Shown one piece after another: positions 1-9,154 of a stretch of 64,000 nucleotides of DNA. The position numbers and the translations under genes are program-made. Position 1 is the first letter of the stretch. Each line of letters begins with the position of its first letter. Under the pieces are notes generated by a model, which saw nothing but the letters and a program-made list of their open reading frames with translations, did no database searches and was not told the origin of the DNA. This DNA comes from an uncultured bacterium (GTDB taxonomy: Bacteria > JAGOEH01): assembly GCA_964632485.1 (NCBI GenBank), contig CAZWDO010000016.1, forward strand, positions 1 to 64,000, given 5' to 3'.

Positions 1-67
1 ACTCTGGTTTACAAATTGGTGTCAAATTAATTTCCAAGAGTTCAGGTTCTCTGAGCTTGCGGTTCAT
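1..67 (-). CDS. 5' fragment of a gene running off the left edge (MNRKLREPELLEINLTPICKPE...)
   Basis: ATG at 67 on the minus strand preceded by AGGGAG; frame stays open to position 1. Confidence 0.45.
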   Translation of the reverse strand, partial: MNRKLREPELLEINLTPICKPE

Positions 68-131
68 TCGTTTCTCCCTGTGAAAAGCATGAAACAAAAC
101 GGTTGTTTTGCTCAAGGATGATCCCCTGAGC

Positions 132-821
132 TCAGGAATCCGTGTAGGCGCTCCGGTGTTGGTAAACATACACGCTCAGCGCGGTGCTGATCAGTCCCAG
201 AGCGAGGACGGCCATTGCCCATTCCCCGTGACGGAACGCAGCCCGTAAATAGGGGTTTATTACTACGAAGCGAGTGATGTTGCCCTTGATTTGATCCGGC
301 GGTATCATCAATAGTACGACATTTAAATAGAGTCTGGTAATAATCAGCGCTATCGAAACGGAAAGGAAGCCCTGGAACCATCGGGGAAGTCTGAGATAGC
401 GGATATCCAGGACCAGATGAATCATGGCATTGACCAGCAGCATGAGGCTGTTGATCGTGATGAATGGAACGAATGCGGCTGATCGGAGAATTTCCTGGGT
501 AAACATCATGGCGACAAACGGCAATTCAGCGAGAAACCAGAAGGCCGGGAAGAGCAGAAGCCGGATCAGCGCAATCTGTCGCCGTTTGAACGGTATTGCT
601 TCATAGAATCGAATCGAGTGAGAGTGATAGGACTCCAACTTTATGGATAGCAGTACGATGCCGCCGGTGATAATGAAAAGCGCAGCAAAAAGGGAGAGCT
701 GGCGATGGCTGGTCAAATCCCCCCACCCCATAAACGCTAAAGTCAGAGGGATGAGGATGGAAGCCCCCAGATAGAGTTTGAATTGATGATAGGCAAGGTC
801 GGTTTTGAGTAATGAGAACAT
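132..821 (-). CDS. multi-pass membrane protein, probable ABC-2-type permease of the ytrA-like operon
   Basis: 229 aa, about 6 hydrophobic segments; 'FYEAIPFKRRQI' resembles the ABC-2 'LP.sR' motif; downstream of the ABC ATPase. Confidence 0.7.
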   Translation of the reverse strand: MFSLLKTDLAYHQFKLYLGASILIPLTLAFMGWGDLTSHRQLSLFAALFIITGGIVLLSIKLESYHSHSIRFYEAIPFKRRQIALIRLLLFPAFWFLAELPFVAMMFTQEILRSAAFVPFITINSLMLLVNAMIHLVLDIRYLRLPRWFQGFLSVSIALIITRLYLNVVLLMIPPDQIKGNITRFVVINPYLRAAFRHGEWAMAVLALGLISTALSVYVYQHRSAYTDS

Positions 822-832
822 GATCGCTTCCT

Positions 833-1507
833 TTATTCCAGGTACTGGGGTTTATGTTGAAAGCTTTTCAGCGAGAGCAGTGCGGTAATCACCGTCAGCG
901 CCAACAGGGTCAGATGTCCGTTTAACCCGGTAAACGGCCAGTTATGGATAATCCAATCAAAGGCTCGCCCGATGAATCCGGGTTGGGTGAACAGGACGAT
1001 AAAGCCCAGAAGATTGATCACCAGTAGGGTAATGACCAGAATGGTCTTGGTTTTTTCTTTATTAATGTGGAATCGGTGCCGGAATAGATAGAGCAGGGTA
1101 TCCCGGCAAATGAAATAGATGAAGAAAAACATGGGCAGATACAATACGATATCCAGACTGCTTCTGATGATGCCGGAAGAGAACTCGTGACCGAGGAGAA
1201 ACGAAATCAGTGTGTAGGTTAAAATATTCAGGAGCGCTCCAGTTAGCGCCGTCATCAGGCAAATCCAGATTCGCAGCCGGGCGAAATCAGCGCGCCTAAT
1301 CGGCAGTTGAATATCCTGGAGCAGACGATTTTCTTTTACCAGACTGAAAATGTTCCAATAATAGATAGCGATAAAGGTTAACACATAATGATGAATAATA
1401 AAAAAATCTTTATAAAAATAAAGCCCTGAAACTGCGATTGACAGCGTGATATAACCGATGAAAATCCACAGATTGTACCGAATTTCACTGATGATCAGTG
1501 TTCCCAT
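833..1507 (-). CDS. multi-pass membrane protein, probable ABC-2-type permease
   Basis: about 6 TM segments; 'QLPIRRADF' motif; likely start ATG at 1507 with GGAG RBS, overlapping the ATPase stop. Confidence 0.7.
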   Translation of the reverse strand: MGTLIISEIRYNLWIFIGYITLSIAVSGLYFYKDFFIIHHYVLTFIAIYYWNIFSLVKENRLLQDIQLPIRRADFARLRIWICLMTALTGALLNILTYTLISFLLGHEFSSGIIRSSLDIVLYLPMFFFIYFICRDTLLYLFRHRFHINKEKTKTILVITLLVINLLGFIVLFTQPGFIGRAFDWIIHNWPFTGLNGHLTLLALTVITALLSLKSFQHKPQYLE

Positions 1508-2375
1508 GGGAGTCTCCTTTGAGTATTTGAACAGCGATTTCATCGATAGTCAGCCGAAAAATTTCGATATTTTCCGCTCCAAATTCCCGCATGGCCTGGA
1601 CACTTTTTTCAAAATCGGAGCTTAACGCCAAATAGTGATGATTCTCTTGTTGTAATCGTTCGATTGCCGGAAGATTGGGCATGATTTCGGGAGTTGTGAA
1701 TGATATTTTACGCCAGCGATTGATCATTTCATCCTTATATTCTCTTAGAATTAATTGTCCGTTTTTGATGAAAGCCAATTCATCCGCCAGTCGGCTGATA
1801 TCGGAAAGGATATGAGTAGAGTAGAAAATGGATCGTCGGCTATCTTCCAAAACTTCGAAAAGGGCATCCAGCACTTCAGCGCGGATGACAGGGTCCAGGC
1901 CGGCAGTGGGTTCATCCAGCAACAAGAGTTGTGGTGAATAGCTCAAAGCTTTGACCAGAGCTAATTTGACGCGGTTGCCTTTGGATAGGGATTTTACTTT
2001 TTTGTTGCGGTCCAGTTCGAAGCGACGGCATAATTCCTGTTCCTTGTCGCGTGACCAATTCGGATAGAAGCGGGAAAAACAGGCAAGATTTTGTTCGACG
2101 CTCCAACGTTCATAATAGGCATGCGATTCTCCAACGAAACCGACTTGCTGCTTCCAATCCGTTTGTTCCGGATCGTTTTCAAGGCCATTGAAGTGGATAG
2201 AGCCCTCGTCCCGGCGAATCAGACCCATCATGGCGTGCAGGGTGGTTGTTTTTCCAGCGCCATTGGGGCCGATAAAACCAAGAACCATTCCCGGCTCCAA
2301 AGACAAATCCAAGGGTCCTAAAGTAAAGTCCGAATACTTTTTTACAAGATGATTCGTCTCAAATGCCATTTTCAT
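1485..2375 (-). CDS. ABC transporter ATP-binding protein (YtrB-like)
   Basis: Walker A GPNGAGKTT, signature LSKGN, Walker B LLLLDEP, H-loop STH; GGAGG RBS before ATG 2375. Confidence 0.92.
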   Translation of the reverse strand: MKMAFETNHLVKKYSDFTLGPLDLSLEPGMVLGFIGPNGAGKTTTLHAMMGLIRRDEGSIHFNGLENDPEQTDWKQQVGFVGESHAYYERWSVEQNLACFSRFYPNWSRDKEQELCRRFELDRNKKVKSLSKGNRVKLALVKALSYSPQLLLLDEPTAGLDPVIRAEVLDALFEVLEDSRRSIFYSTHILSDISRLADELAFIKNGQLILREYKDEMINRWRKISFTTPEIMPNLPAIERLQQENHHYLALSSDFEKSVQAMREFGAENIEIFRLTIDEIAVQILKGDSHGNTDHQ

Positions 2376-2769
2376 GGATTTCCTCCGTTTCATTTATGAG
2401 TTGTTCAATGATTTCGTGACTGATTTGCCGGATCGACTGAGCGGGTAATCCTTCATTCAATGCCCGCTGATAGATAGACGGTAGTTGGTTCTTTAAATTT
2501 TTTTCGGCTAATTGTCGCTTTTCAGCCGAAGTAGTCGCTGAGACGAAATAGCCTTTCCCGCGCCGGGCATAGATCAATTCATCATCCAACAGCGCTTCAT
2601 AAGCCCGTTGGACCGTAATGACGCTGACGCGCGCCTGGCTGGCCAGTTCACGAATCGAAGGCAGGTCGGCGTGAGCCGGGAGTTCGCCCGATAGGATATG
2701 CGCCCGGATTTGACGAATGATTTGCTGTTGCAATGGTTCGTCCGAAAGATCGGTTAAATGCAGAAGCAT
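2359..2769 (-). CDS. GntR family, YtrA-subfamily transcriptional regulator
   Basis: LPSIRELA...VSVITVQRAY...GKGYFV winged HTH with a short C-terminal domain; upstream of ABC genes. Confidence 0.92.
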   Translation of the reverse strand: MLLHLTDLSDEPLQQQIIRQIRAHILSGELPAHADLPSIRELASQARVSVITVQRAYEALLDDELIYARRGKGYFVSATTSAEKRQLAEKNLKNQLPSIYQRALNEGLPAQSIRQISHEIIEQLINETEEIHENGI

Positions 2770-2781
2770 GAAATTATCCCT

Positions 2782-4278
2782 TTAAATTTTCAGGATTAAT
2801 ACAGTGCAGTCGTCTTGTAACGATTCGTCGCCGGAAAAATAATTCAGGTCCTGAATGAGATTTTCTATTATCTGATGCGGATCAAGATCATGATATTGGA
2901 GGGCAAACTGTTGCAGACGCGTTTCTCCATATTCGCATTCCCGGCGATCCATCATTTCCGTAATCCCATCAGTATAACAGAAAATAAGATCACCGTTGGC
3001 CAGAACCAATGATTCGGATTGATATTGATAATTGGTGATAATGCCCAGGGCCGCGCCGCCCTGTTTCAGCGCGGTCAGGGAACCCTCACTGCTGATTCGG
3101 AACGGGTAGTTATGACCAGCATTGACGTATTCGAGTTGACGGGTGGCTTTGTCATAAATACCGATGAAAAGAGTAATAAAACTTCCAGACGGCGTGAATG
3201 CGACAAATTGTTGGTTGATCTCCCCGATCAATTGAGTGAGAGATGCAAAACCAGAAAGCTTTGCTTTAAATATTGCTTGTACCTGGGAGATCATCATTGC
3301 CGCAGGCAGTCCCTTGCCGCTGGCGTCGCCGATAATGATTGCTACCCGTTGAGAATCGATCTCGATGAAATCGTAAAAATCGCCGCCCACCGCATAATAG
3401 GGTTTGAAATAAGCGGCTACGGTAAAATGTTCGCTGCAAGGAAGCGCTTTGGGGAGTAATTGGGATTGAATATTGCGCGCCATGATCAATTCATCTTCCA
3501 ATCTGCGTTTTTCTAAAGAGTCGAAGTAATAGGAAGCCGTCAGATAGGCCACGCAAAACTGATTGATCAAAACCGACAGGATTTCCAATTCATTGTGGAG
3601 CGTATCATTTATTTGTCCCTGCCGAATGGCAATAAATCCAAAAAGTCTGAAATTTTCATGTAATGGGAAAACCAGGGTGATTTTATGTTCCGTCATAAAC
3701 TCCCATAATTGTCCCCGTGGATGGATAGCTATCAATTCTTTAACTAATAAAACGGATTTCGATTTGCGAATTTGTTCAAATATTGGGTCCCCGACATCCA
3801 GAGGAATCTCTGTTTCTCCCTTTTTAAGTGTCATAACCTGGCTGTTTTGATGCGAAAATGCGAAAAAAACTCGTGAACCCGGATTGATGCTTTTAATAAC
3901 CTGAAGGAGTATGTTTTTTAATTTCTGCTGATCAAAAACTGATTTAAGCTGATTGGAAAAAGTATCAATGAGTGTCACCGCGCTATTTCGTTCGTAATTT
4001 CGTCGTGTTGCCAACTCATTGCGTTTTTCTTCACTTAAAGAGAGGCAAATATAGCTCTCTGCGGCTTTTTTTTGGAAAATACCCATGTCGACCAGTTTTT
4101 CATAAACCTGGTTGACCGTGTGAACATTAATATGATGGAGCCGGGCAAATTCCCGAACAGATGGGATTTCAGAACCGGCTTTGATTTCCCGGGCAATTAT
4201 CCGGTCTAAAAAATAATTTTCCAATTGCTGGTTTAACGAAATATCGCTGATTTCGGTAAAATTGAACATGGGATTCAC
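2782..4278 (-). CDS. GntR-HTH / GAF-like / SpoIIE(RsbU)-type PP2C phosphatase fusion protein
   Basis: N-terminal IPSVREFA..INVHTVNQVY HTH; central GAF-like 'LVFPL...LFGFIAI'; C-terminal VGGDFYD, IIGDASGKG, NAGH, YTDGITE, QDDCT. Confidence 0.85.
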   Translation of the reverse strand: MNPMFNFTEISDISLNQQLENYFLDRIIAREIKAGSEIPSVREFARLHHINVHTVNQVYEKLVDMGIFQKKAAESYICLSLSEEKRNELATRRNYERNSAVTLIDTFSNQLKSVFDQQKLKNILLQVIKSINPGSRVFFAFSHQNSQVMTLKKGETEIPLDVGDPIFEQIRKSKSVLLVKELIAIHPRGQLWEFMTEHKITLVFPLHENFRLFGFIAIRQGQINDTLHNELEILSVLINQFCVAYLTASYYFDSLEKRRLEDELIMARNIQSQLLPKALPCSEHFTVAAYFKPYYAVGGDFYDFIEIDSQRVAIIIGDASGKGLPAAMMISQVQAIFKAKLSGFASLTQLIGEINQQFVAFTPSGSFITLFIGIYDKATRQLEYVNAGHNYPFRISSEGSLTALKQGGAALGIITNYQYQSESLVLANGDLIFCYTDGITEMMDRRECEYGETRLQQFALQYHDLDPHQIIENLIQDLNYFSGDESLQDDCTVLILKI

Positions 4279-4289
4279 TCCTTTTCGTC

Positions 4290-4318
4290 TTATTGTATAT
4301 ACGCAATATGTACAATAA
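4290..4318. promoter_or_regulatory. YtrA-type GntR operator (inverted repeat TGTA-N13-TACA)
   Basis: TTATTGTA-tatacgcaatatg-TACAATAA immediately upstream of the operon's GTG start at 4278. Confidence 0.7.
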
Positions 4319-4709
4319 TGCTTCAGATATCCTTGCTAAAATCGTAAGTATTCAAAAGGTGATCTTAAAAATTTGACGATTTAAAATCCTATATTTTTGC
4401 GTACTTGAATTGGAATCCAGGGGTCATCCCTCCCTATTCCTGCTTGTAATTTTTAAAGGGAGACTATACTCCTCATCTGGATGTTTATCTTTGTAGCCAC
4501 TACCTTCAGGTTATATGATATGCAACTACTTTGCGCCTTTATGGATCATATCGCCAAACGCGGATGAGAGAGCGCATCTGTTATGGTTTTTTTGCCGATG
4601 ATGTCCGGCAATACTGTCTGGGGAAGAATGCAGGGCTTATTGCAAGTCGGATAACGGATGAGCGATCTACAAGTGTGTCAGATGATTAGGGATAATGCTG
4701 ATTTTAAAA

Positions 4710-5441
4710 TTACAGATCGAAGTTTTCGCCTAAGTAGTGTTGCCGGGCTTTTTCATCGTTGGTGATCTGTTCCGGCGTACCGTGGATCAGGATTTCCCCA
4801 TGGGCCATGATATAGGAACGGTCGGTAATGCGCAAAGTTTCGCGCACATTGTGATCCGTAATTAGAACGCCGATGTTTTTATCCCGCAGGGTGAGCACAA
4901 TCCGTTGAATATCTTCGACCGCAATTGGATCCACGCCCGCGAAGGGTTCGTCTAACAGGATAAAGGTGGGATTTGTGACCAGGGATCGGGCGATTTCAAC
5001 TCGGCGCCGTTCGCCTCCGGAGAGAGTATAGGCCTTATTTTTGGCCAGTCGGGTGATACCCAGTTCCTCCATTGCCGTGGTTAGCTTTTCCTGCCGTCCA
5101 TGTCGACTGAGTTTTTGAAACTGTAAAATCGCCATAATATTCTGTTCCACCGTCAACTTGGTGAAGATCGAGGGTTCCTGGGCAAGATAGCTGATGCCCA
5201 GGCGCGCTCGCTTGTACATTGGGAGTTGTGTAATTTTTTTATCGTCCAGGAAAATATGGCCATTACTGGGTTTGATCAAACCCACGATCATATAGAATGA
5301 CGTTGTTTTGCCAGCGCCATTGGAACCCAATAATCCAACGATTTCGCCCTGTTCAATCGAGATTGAAATTTTGTTGACGACACAGCGTTTGCCATAGATT
5401 TTTACGATCTGGTCGGTTTTTAATACTTGTCCTTCAGTCAT
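4710..5441 (-). CDS. lptB: LPS export ABC transporter ATP-binding protein
   Basis: GSNGAGKTT, LPMYKRARLGISYLAQEPSIF, LSGGERRRVEIAR, LLDEPFAGVDP, ITDHNVRETL, YLGENF. Confidence 0.95.
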   Translation of the reverse strand: MTEGQVLKTDQIVKIYGKRCVVNKISISIEQGEIVGLLGSNGAGKTTSFYMIVGLIKPSNGHIFLDDKKITQLPMYKRARLGISYLAQEPSIFTKLTVEQNIMAILQFQKLSRHGRQEKLTTAMEELGITRLAKNKAYTLSGGERRRVEIARSLVTNPTFILLDEPFAGVDPIAVEDIQRIVLTLRDKNIGVLITDHNVRETLRITDRSYIMAHGEILIHGTPEQITNDEKARQHYLGENFDL

Positions 5442-6454
5442 TATTCTTCCTTTACCTTGTATTGATAGCGCTCATAGACTCCTTCGATTCCCTGAATAAC
5501 CCGGATTGATCGTAGGGAATCGTTCTCGATCCGAAGTTCGATTTCATTGCCAGTTAATCGGTTGAATCCCCGTTCCTTTTTTTCAGCGTTCCAGGCGCTG
5601 TAATCCGCTGCGGCATTTTGAAAAATGCCGATACGTCTGGGTTTGTTATCTTTCAAGTGAAATACGATTTTTTTCCCCGAAAAAATAGTAGAGGATGAGT
5701 CTGCTTTTAGGGTATCTTCATGAATAAATCGGCCTTTGGCATAGGGTAACACCCATAAACTGTCAATTTTTTGTTTGGTATAAAAAATTTCAGCTCCGTC
5801 GCCATTCAACCGGCTTTTTTGAAATATAAATTCGGTTGGCTTCGAACAGACGATATGAGCGGCTTTTTTATACCACTGCGCTTCGTTTGTATGAATTAAT
5901 ATTTCTTTTTTTTGAATCTCAATATTATTCCACAAAAGTACTGAATCAAACCGACCGAAAACCAGCGCTGAATCCGCTTTAATTTGATACTCTTCATAAT
6001 CGATTTTTAAATCTCCGTAGAACCAGGTCTGATTGGTCAGATGGTGATGGATGGCTCGCTTCCCCTGTACAACCAACTTAAGGGCTGTATCTTTAAAAAT
6101 AAAAAAGGGAGTAAAGATAAACACTTCACGGTCAAGATGAATGATGAGAGAATCGCTGTAAATATCGCGATGGCGGTCAGTAAGATGCACCCGCTGCGTC
6201 AACTGCGCTATTTTACGCAATTCGTTTTGATATCCCATGCGAGCGGTCGCAACCAGTGTATCCATTGCGATTTGCACGCTATCACTCCATCTTGTAACGA
6301 GTTCATCATCAGAAATTCTTTCGACACTTAGTCTTCCGGCATATTGAAGCCGGATTTCACGAGTTTCATTGGCTATTTGACCTAAGGCAGAATAAACAGA
6401 AAGAAACATAAAATAGAGGAATGTAGCGATAGTAAGTTTAATTTTTATTGACAT
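5441..6454 (-). CDS. LptA/OstA-like beta-jellyroll protein (exported)
   Basis: signal-like N-terminus from MSIKIK; repeated 'I.ADS' beta-taco motifs; coupled to lptB; start could be 6493. Confidence 0.65.
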   Translation of the reverse strand: MSIKIKLTIATFLYFMFLSVYSALGQIANETREIRLQYAGRLSVERISDDELVTRWSDSVQIAMDTLVATARMGYQNELRKIAQLTQRVHLTDRHRDIYSDSLIIHLDREVFIFTPFFIFKDTALKLVVQGKRAIHHHLTNQTWFYGDLKIDYEEYQIKADSALVFGRFDSVLLWNNIEIQKKEILIHTNEAQWYKKAAHIVCSKPTEFIFQKSRLNGDGAEIFYTKQKIDSLWVLPYAKGRFIHEDTLKADSSSTIFSGKKIVFHLKDNKPRRIGIFQNAAADYSAWNAEKKERGFNRLTGNEIELRIENDSLRSIRVIQGIEGVYERYQYKVKEE

Positions 6455-6687
6455 TGTTGATTTTTTATTGCGGGTTTGTGGCATCGGGTCCATGGGTTCC
6501 TTGAATGCTCATTAATCAGGGGCTCGGTTATCTTTTGCCGAATCAGTCTGGTGGATGATCGTTGGGGTGTTGATATGGTTCCCCGGGGTGATCACCCAAC
6601 CGATTCTGCGAGAGGTTAAGGATTTAAAAACGTTATAATGCAAAAAATCAACACGTTAACAATTGTGAGTTTTGCGCGGATTGGACT

Positions 6688-6724
6688 AAAAAAAAAGGAG
6701 GAACTAACGGGTTAGTTCCTCCTT
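6688..6724 (-). terminator. Rho-independent terminator of the exbBDD-tonB operon
   Basis: AAGGAGGAACTAAC-gg-GTTAGTTCCTCCTT hairpin followed by a T run on the minus strand. Confidence 0.85.
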
Positions 6725-6742
6725 AGTGGTATTAAGGACGGG

Positions 6743-7396
6743 TTAACGTTCTTTCAACCGAAATTTAAAGGGAAGCGATACCCAAACGCGCACCGGTCGG
6801 TCGCGTTGATAAGCCGGGGAGAACTTGTAGTTCTTCGCGGCTTCAATGGCAGCTTCTACGCAACCGGAATTTCCAGTTGAGTTTTTTACAACCTTAATTT
6901 TACTGGCAATCACCGTTCCGTTGGTATCGACGGGAACGCGAAGCCATACATCACCTTCAACGCCGGCTCGGCGAGCAATTTCCGGGTATTCTGTGGCAAC
7001 CTGTTTAACCACTTCCGGCGCCTTATCGTAAGCTACAAATTCCGGTATTTCATCATCTTCAGCAGCAGGCGCCGGTGGCGCCACATTTTCTTCAGTAAAA
7101 TCAATCGTAGTCGAAGTAATCGTCACGTCATCCGGTAGATCTTCATCTTCACTTTCGATAGGAACCGCAGGTCGTTCAGGTGGAGGTGCGGCCGTTGACT
7201 GTTGGGTTTGCGGTATATTTTCGACCTGGATTTCGATTCTGGGTTTGGATACGGGGATGAGTTCAACGTCAAAATTTACCCAGGTAATGATTGCCAGGAG
7301 AAATGTAGCGAAAATAACACACAAACTGACTGTCTGCCATTTGGCATTGATGGCACGAAGATCATAGGCAGGATTTTTCTTTATCAATGGTACCAC
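6743..7396 (-). CDS. tonB: energy transducer TonB
   Basis: N-terminal TM, Pro/Glu-rich linker, YPEIARRAGVEG...FSPA...PVRVWVSLPFKF TonB C-terminal domain. Confidence 0.9.
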   Translation of the reverse strand: MVPLIKKNPAYDLRAINAKWQTVSLCVIFATFLLAIITWVNFDVELIPVSKPRIEIQVENIPQTQQSTAAPPPERPAVPIESEDEDLPDDVTITSTTIDFTEENVAPPAPAAEDDEIPEFVAYDKAPEVVKQVATEYPEIARRAGVEGDVWLRVPVDTNGTVIASKIKVVKNSTGNSGCVEAAIEAAKNYKFSPAYQRDRPVRVWVSLPFKFRLKER

Positions 7397-7408
7397 CTTT
7401 GCATATTA

Positions 7409-7825
7409 TTATCCTTTATTTGAGCGACGGGTTGTCGAGAAGTTCACTTTTAACCCGTTACCTTTGCGTAATTCTTCCAGCAAAGTGTTCACTCTGCCAT
7501 ACTGTAACTTTTCGTCGATTTTTAAAGAAAAAATCAAACGTGGATTTTCCATCAGTTTCTGGTTGACAATTTTGTGGACCGAATAGGGTTCCATTAATTT
7601 GTCATCGATTGAAATAATTCCGCTGCGATCCGCATAAACATGCGTGATATTACGTTTAGTTGGAACTTTTTCGGAAATCGTACTTGCAGGTAGTCGTACT
7701 TTCAATCCCTGAAACTGTTTAAAGGTGGTGGACACCATAAAGAAAAGCAGTAATAGGAAAACAATATCAGACATCGATGAGGTAGGAATCGCTACCTTGG
7801 CTCCACTTTTTTTCTTGACTTTCAT
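7409..7825 (-). CDS. exbD: biopolymer transporter ExbD
   Basis: SMSDIVFLLLLFFMV TM with the conserved Asp. Confidence 0.9.
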   Translation of the reverse strand: MKVKKKSGAKVAIPTSSMSDIVFLLLLFFMVSTTFKQFQGLKVRLPASTISEKVPTKRNITHVYADRSGIISIDDKLMEPYSVHKIVNQKLMENPRLIFSLKIDEKLQYGRVNTLLEELRKGNGLKVNFSTTRRSNKG

Positions 7826-7836
7826 GGTCCACTCCT

Positions 7837-8235
7837 TTAACGCTCATAATTGGCAATTGAGATACGTTCACAACCTGTCTGTTTCAGTTCATCGAAAACG
7901 GAAATAAACATGCCATATTCGGTATCTTCATTGGCTTTTAGAGAAACGATCAGATTGGGGTTTTCATCCAGCCGTTTTTTGACTCGATTTTTAACTTCCC
8001 GGGCTGATACAATCTCATCGTCCACTAAAACGTCACCCTGAGCATTGACAGAAACATTGCAGATATTCTTTTTAGGAATCTCTTTTGCTTCGCCGGTTGG
8101 CGGCAATACAATGCCCAAGCCTTTATCTTTGTTCATGGTTGTGGTAACCAGAAAGAAGATAATGAGCAGGAAAACGATGTCTGATAATGAAGCTGTTGGT
8201 ATTTCAGGTGTTTCCCGCTTTTTTTCTTTCAACAT
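7837..8235 (-). CDS. exbD: biopolymer transporter ExbD
   Basis: SLSDIVFLLIIFFLV TM with the conserved Asp. Confidence 0.9.
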   Translation of the reverse strand: MLKEKKRETPEIPTASLSDIVFLLIIFFLVTTTMNKDKGLGIVLPPTGEAKEIPKKNICNVSVNAQGDVLVDDEIVSAREVKNRVKKRLDENPNLIVSLKANEDTEYGMFISVFDELKQTGCERISIANYER

Positions 8236-8280
8236 GGATTCATCTCCTTTCTATCCGGTTTCCGGTACATTGGTTCGAAA

Positions 8281-8901
8281 TTATTTCTGTTTGTCCAGAT
8301 TCATTTCGATCAAAGTATCGATCAAAGCCGTGGAGCTTTCTTCCATATCGATGACCATACGGTCAATACGGGAAACAAAATAATTGTAAGCAGCCTGAAT
8401 CGGGATGGCGATAATCAAACCCGCCATGGTTGTAATCAGAGCTTCGGAGATACCGCTTGCAACGATCACCGGTTCCACATCGCCGGCAGCGGCAATGGCG
8501 TCAAAGGCGTTCACCATACCGGAAACGGTACCAAGAAATCCCAACATCGGAGCCAACGCAATAACGGTGGCCATCCAGACTAAACCTTTTTCCAGAAAAG
8601 CCATTTCAATAGCGCCTGCTTCATCAATCGCTTTTTCTACATGGCTCAGTCCACGGTCCAAACGTGTCAGACCGGAATAAAAAATGCTGGCTAAGGGGCC
8701 GCGGGTATTCATGCATACTTCCATGGCCTTTTGGACGCCGCCTTCACGTAATGCTTCCCGCACCCGTGAAATAAATTTCTTGGTATTGACTCGGGCACGC
8801 ATCAGCACGATAAAACGTTCTACCGTTATGCCCAATCCAAGCAACGCCACAAAAAGCAGTGGGTACATGAATGCTCCACCCTTCTGAAACCAATTCCACA
8901 T
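8281..8901 (-). CDS. exbB: MotA/TolQ/ExbB proton channel protein
   Basis: APMLGFLGTVSGM, GISEALITTMAGLIIAIP; AAGGAG RBS before ATG 8901. Confidence 0.9.
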   Translation of the reverse strand: MWNWFQKGGAFMYPLLFVALLGLGITVERFIVLMRARVNTKKFISRVREALREGGVQKAMEVCMNTRGPLASIFYSGLTRLDRGLSHVEKAIDEAGAIEMAFLEKGLVWMATVIALAPMLGFLGTVSGMVNAFDAIAAAGDVEPVIVASGISEALITTMAGLIIAIPIQAAYNYFVSRIDRMVIDMEESSTALIDTLIEMNLDKQK

Positions 8902-9040
8902 AAATTTGACTCCTTTGTTAGTGGTTTTTGCCATTTTAATCAGCGTTCTTTTCTAACAAATAATAAAGCTTTTTTACTCGCTTGTCAAGTCAAAATTTTA
9001 TTTTTCATAAAAATTATTTCTTTTCTCTTTAAAAAACAGC

Positions 9041-9069
9041 TTGACTTTTTTTAAATTTACTGTTATATT
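9041..9069 (+). promoter_or_regulatory. sigma-70-type promoter of tRNA-Gln
   Basis: TTGACT-N17-TATATT with an extended TG. Confidence 0.65.
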
Positions 9070-9081
9070 CTGTAAAACTAA

Positions 9082-9153
9082 TGGGATGTAGCCAAGCGGT
9101 AAGGCAGCGGGTTTTGGTCCCGCCACCCGGGGGTTCGAATCCTCCCATCCCAG
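9082..9153 (+). tRNA. tRNA-Gln (anticodon TTG), CCA not encoded
   Basis: acceptor TGGGATG/CATCCCA, D-arm GCCAAGCGGTAAGGC, anticodon arm GCGGG-TT-TTG-GT-CCCGC, T-loop GTTCGAATCC. Confidence 0.95.
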
Positions 9154-9154
9154 A

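Noticed and set aside
4370-4560. c-di-GMP-I riboswitch-like words (GGCGCAAAG, ACGCAAAA-TATAGG) on the minus strand
   Set aside because: No preceding GGCAAA...GAAA tetraloop stem could be found; cannot be supported without Infernal.
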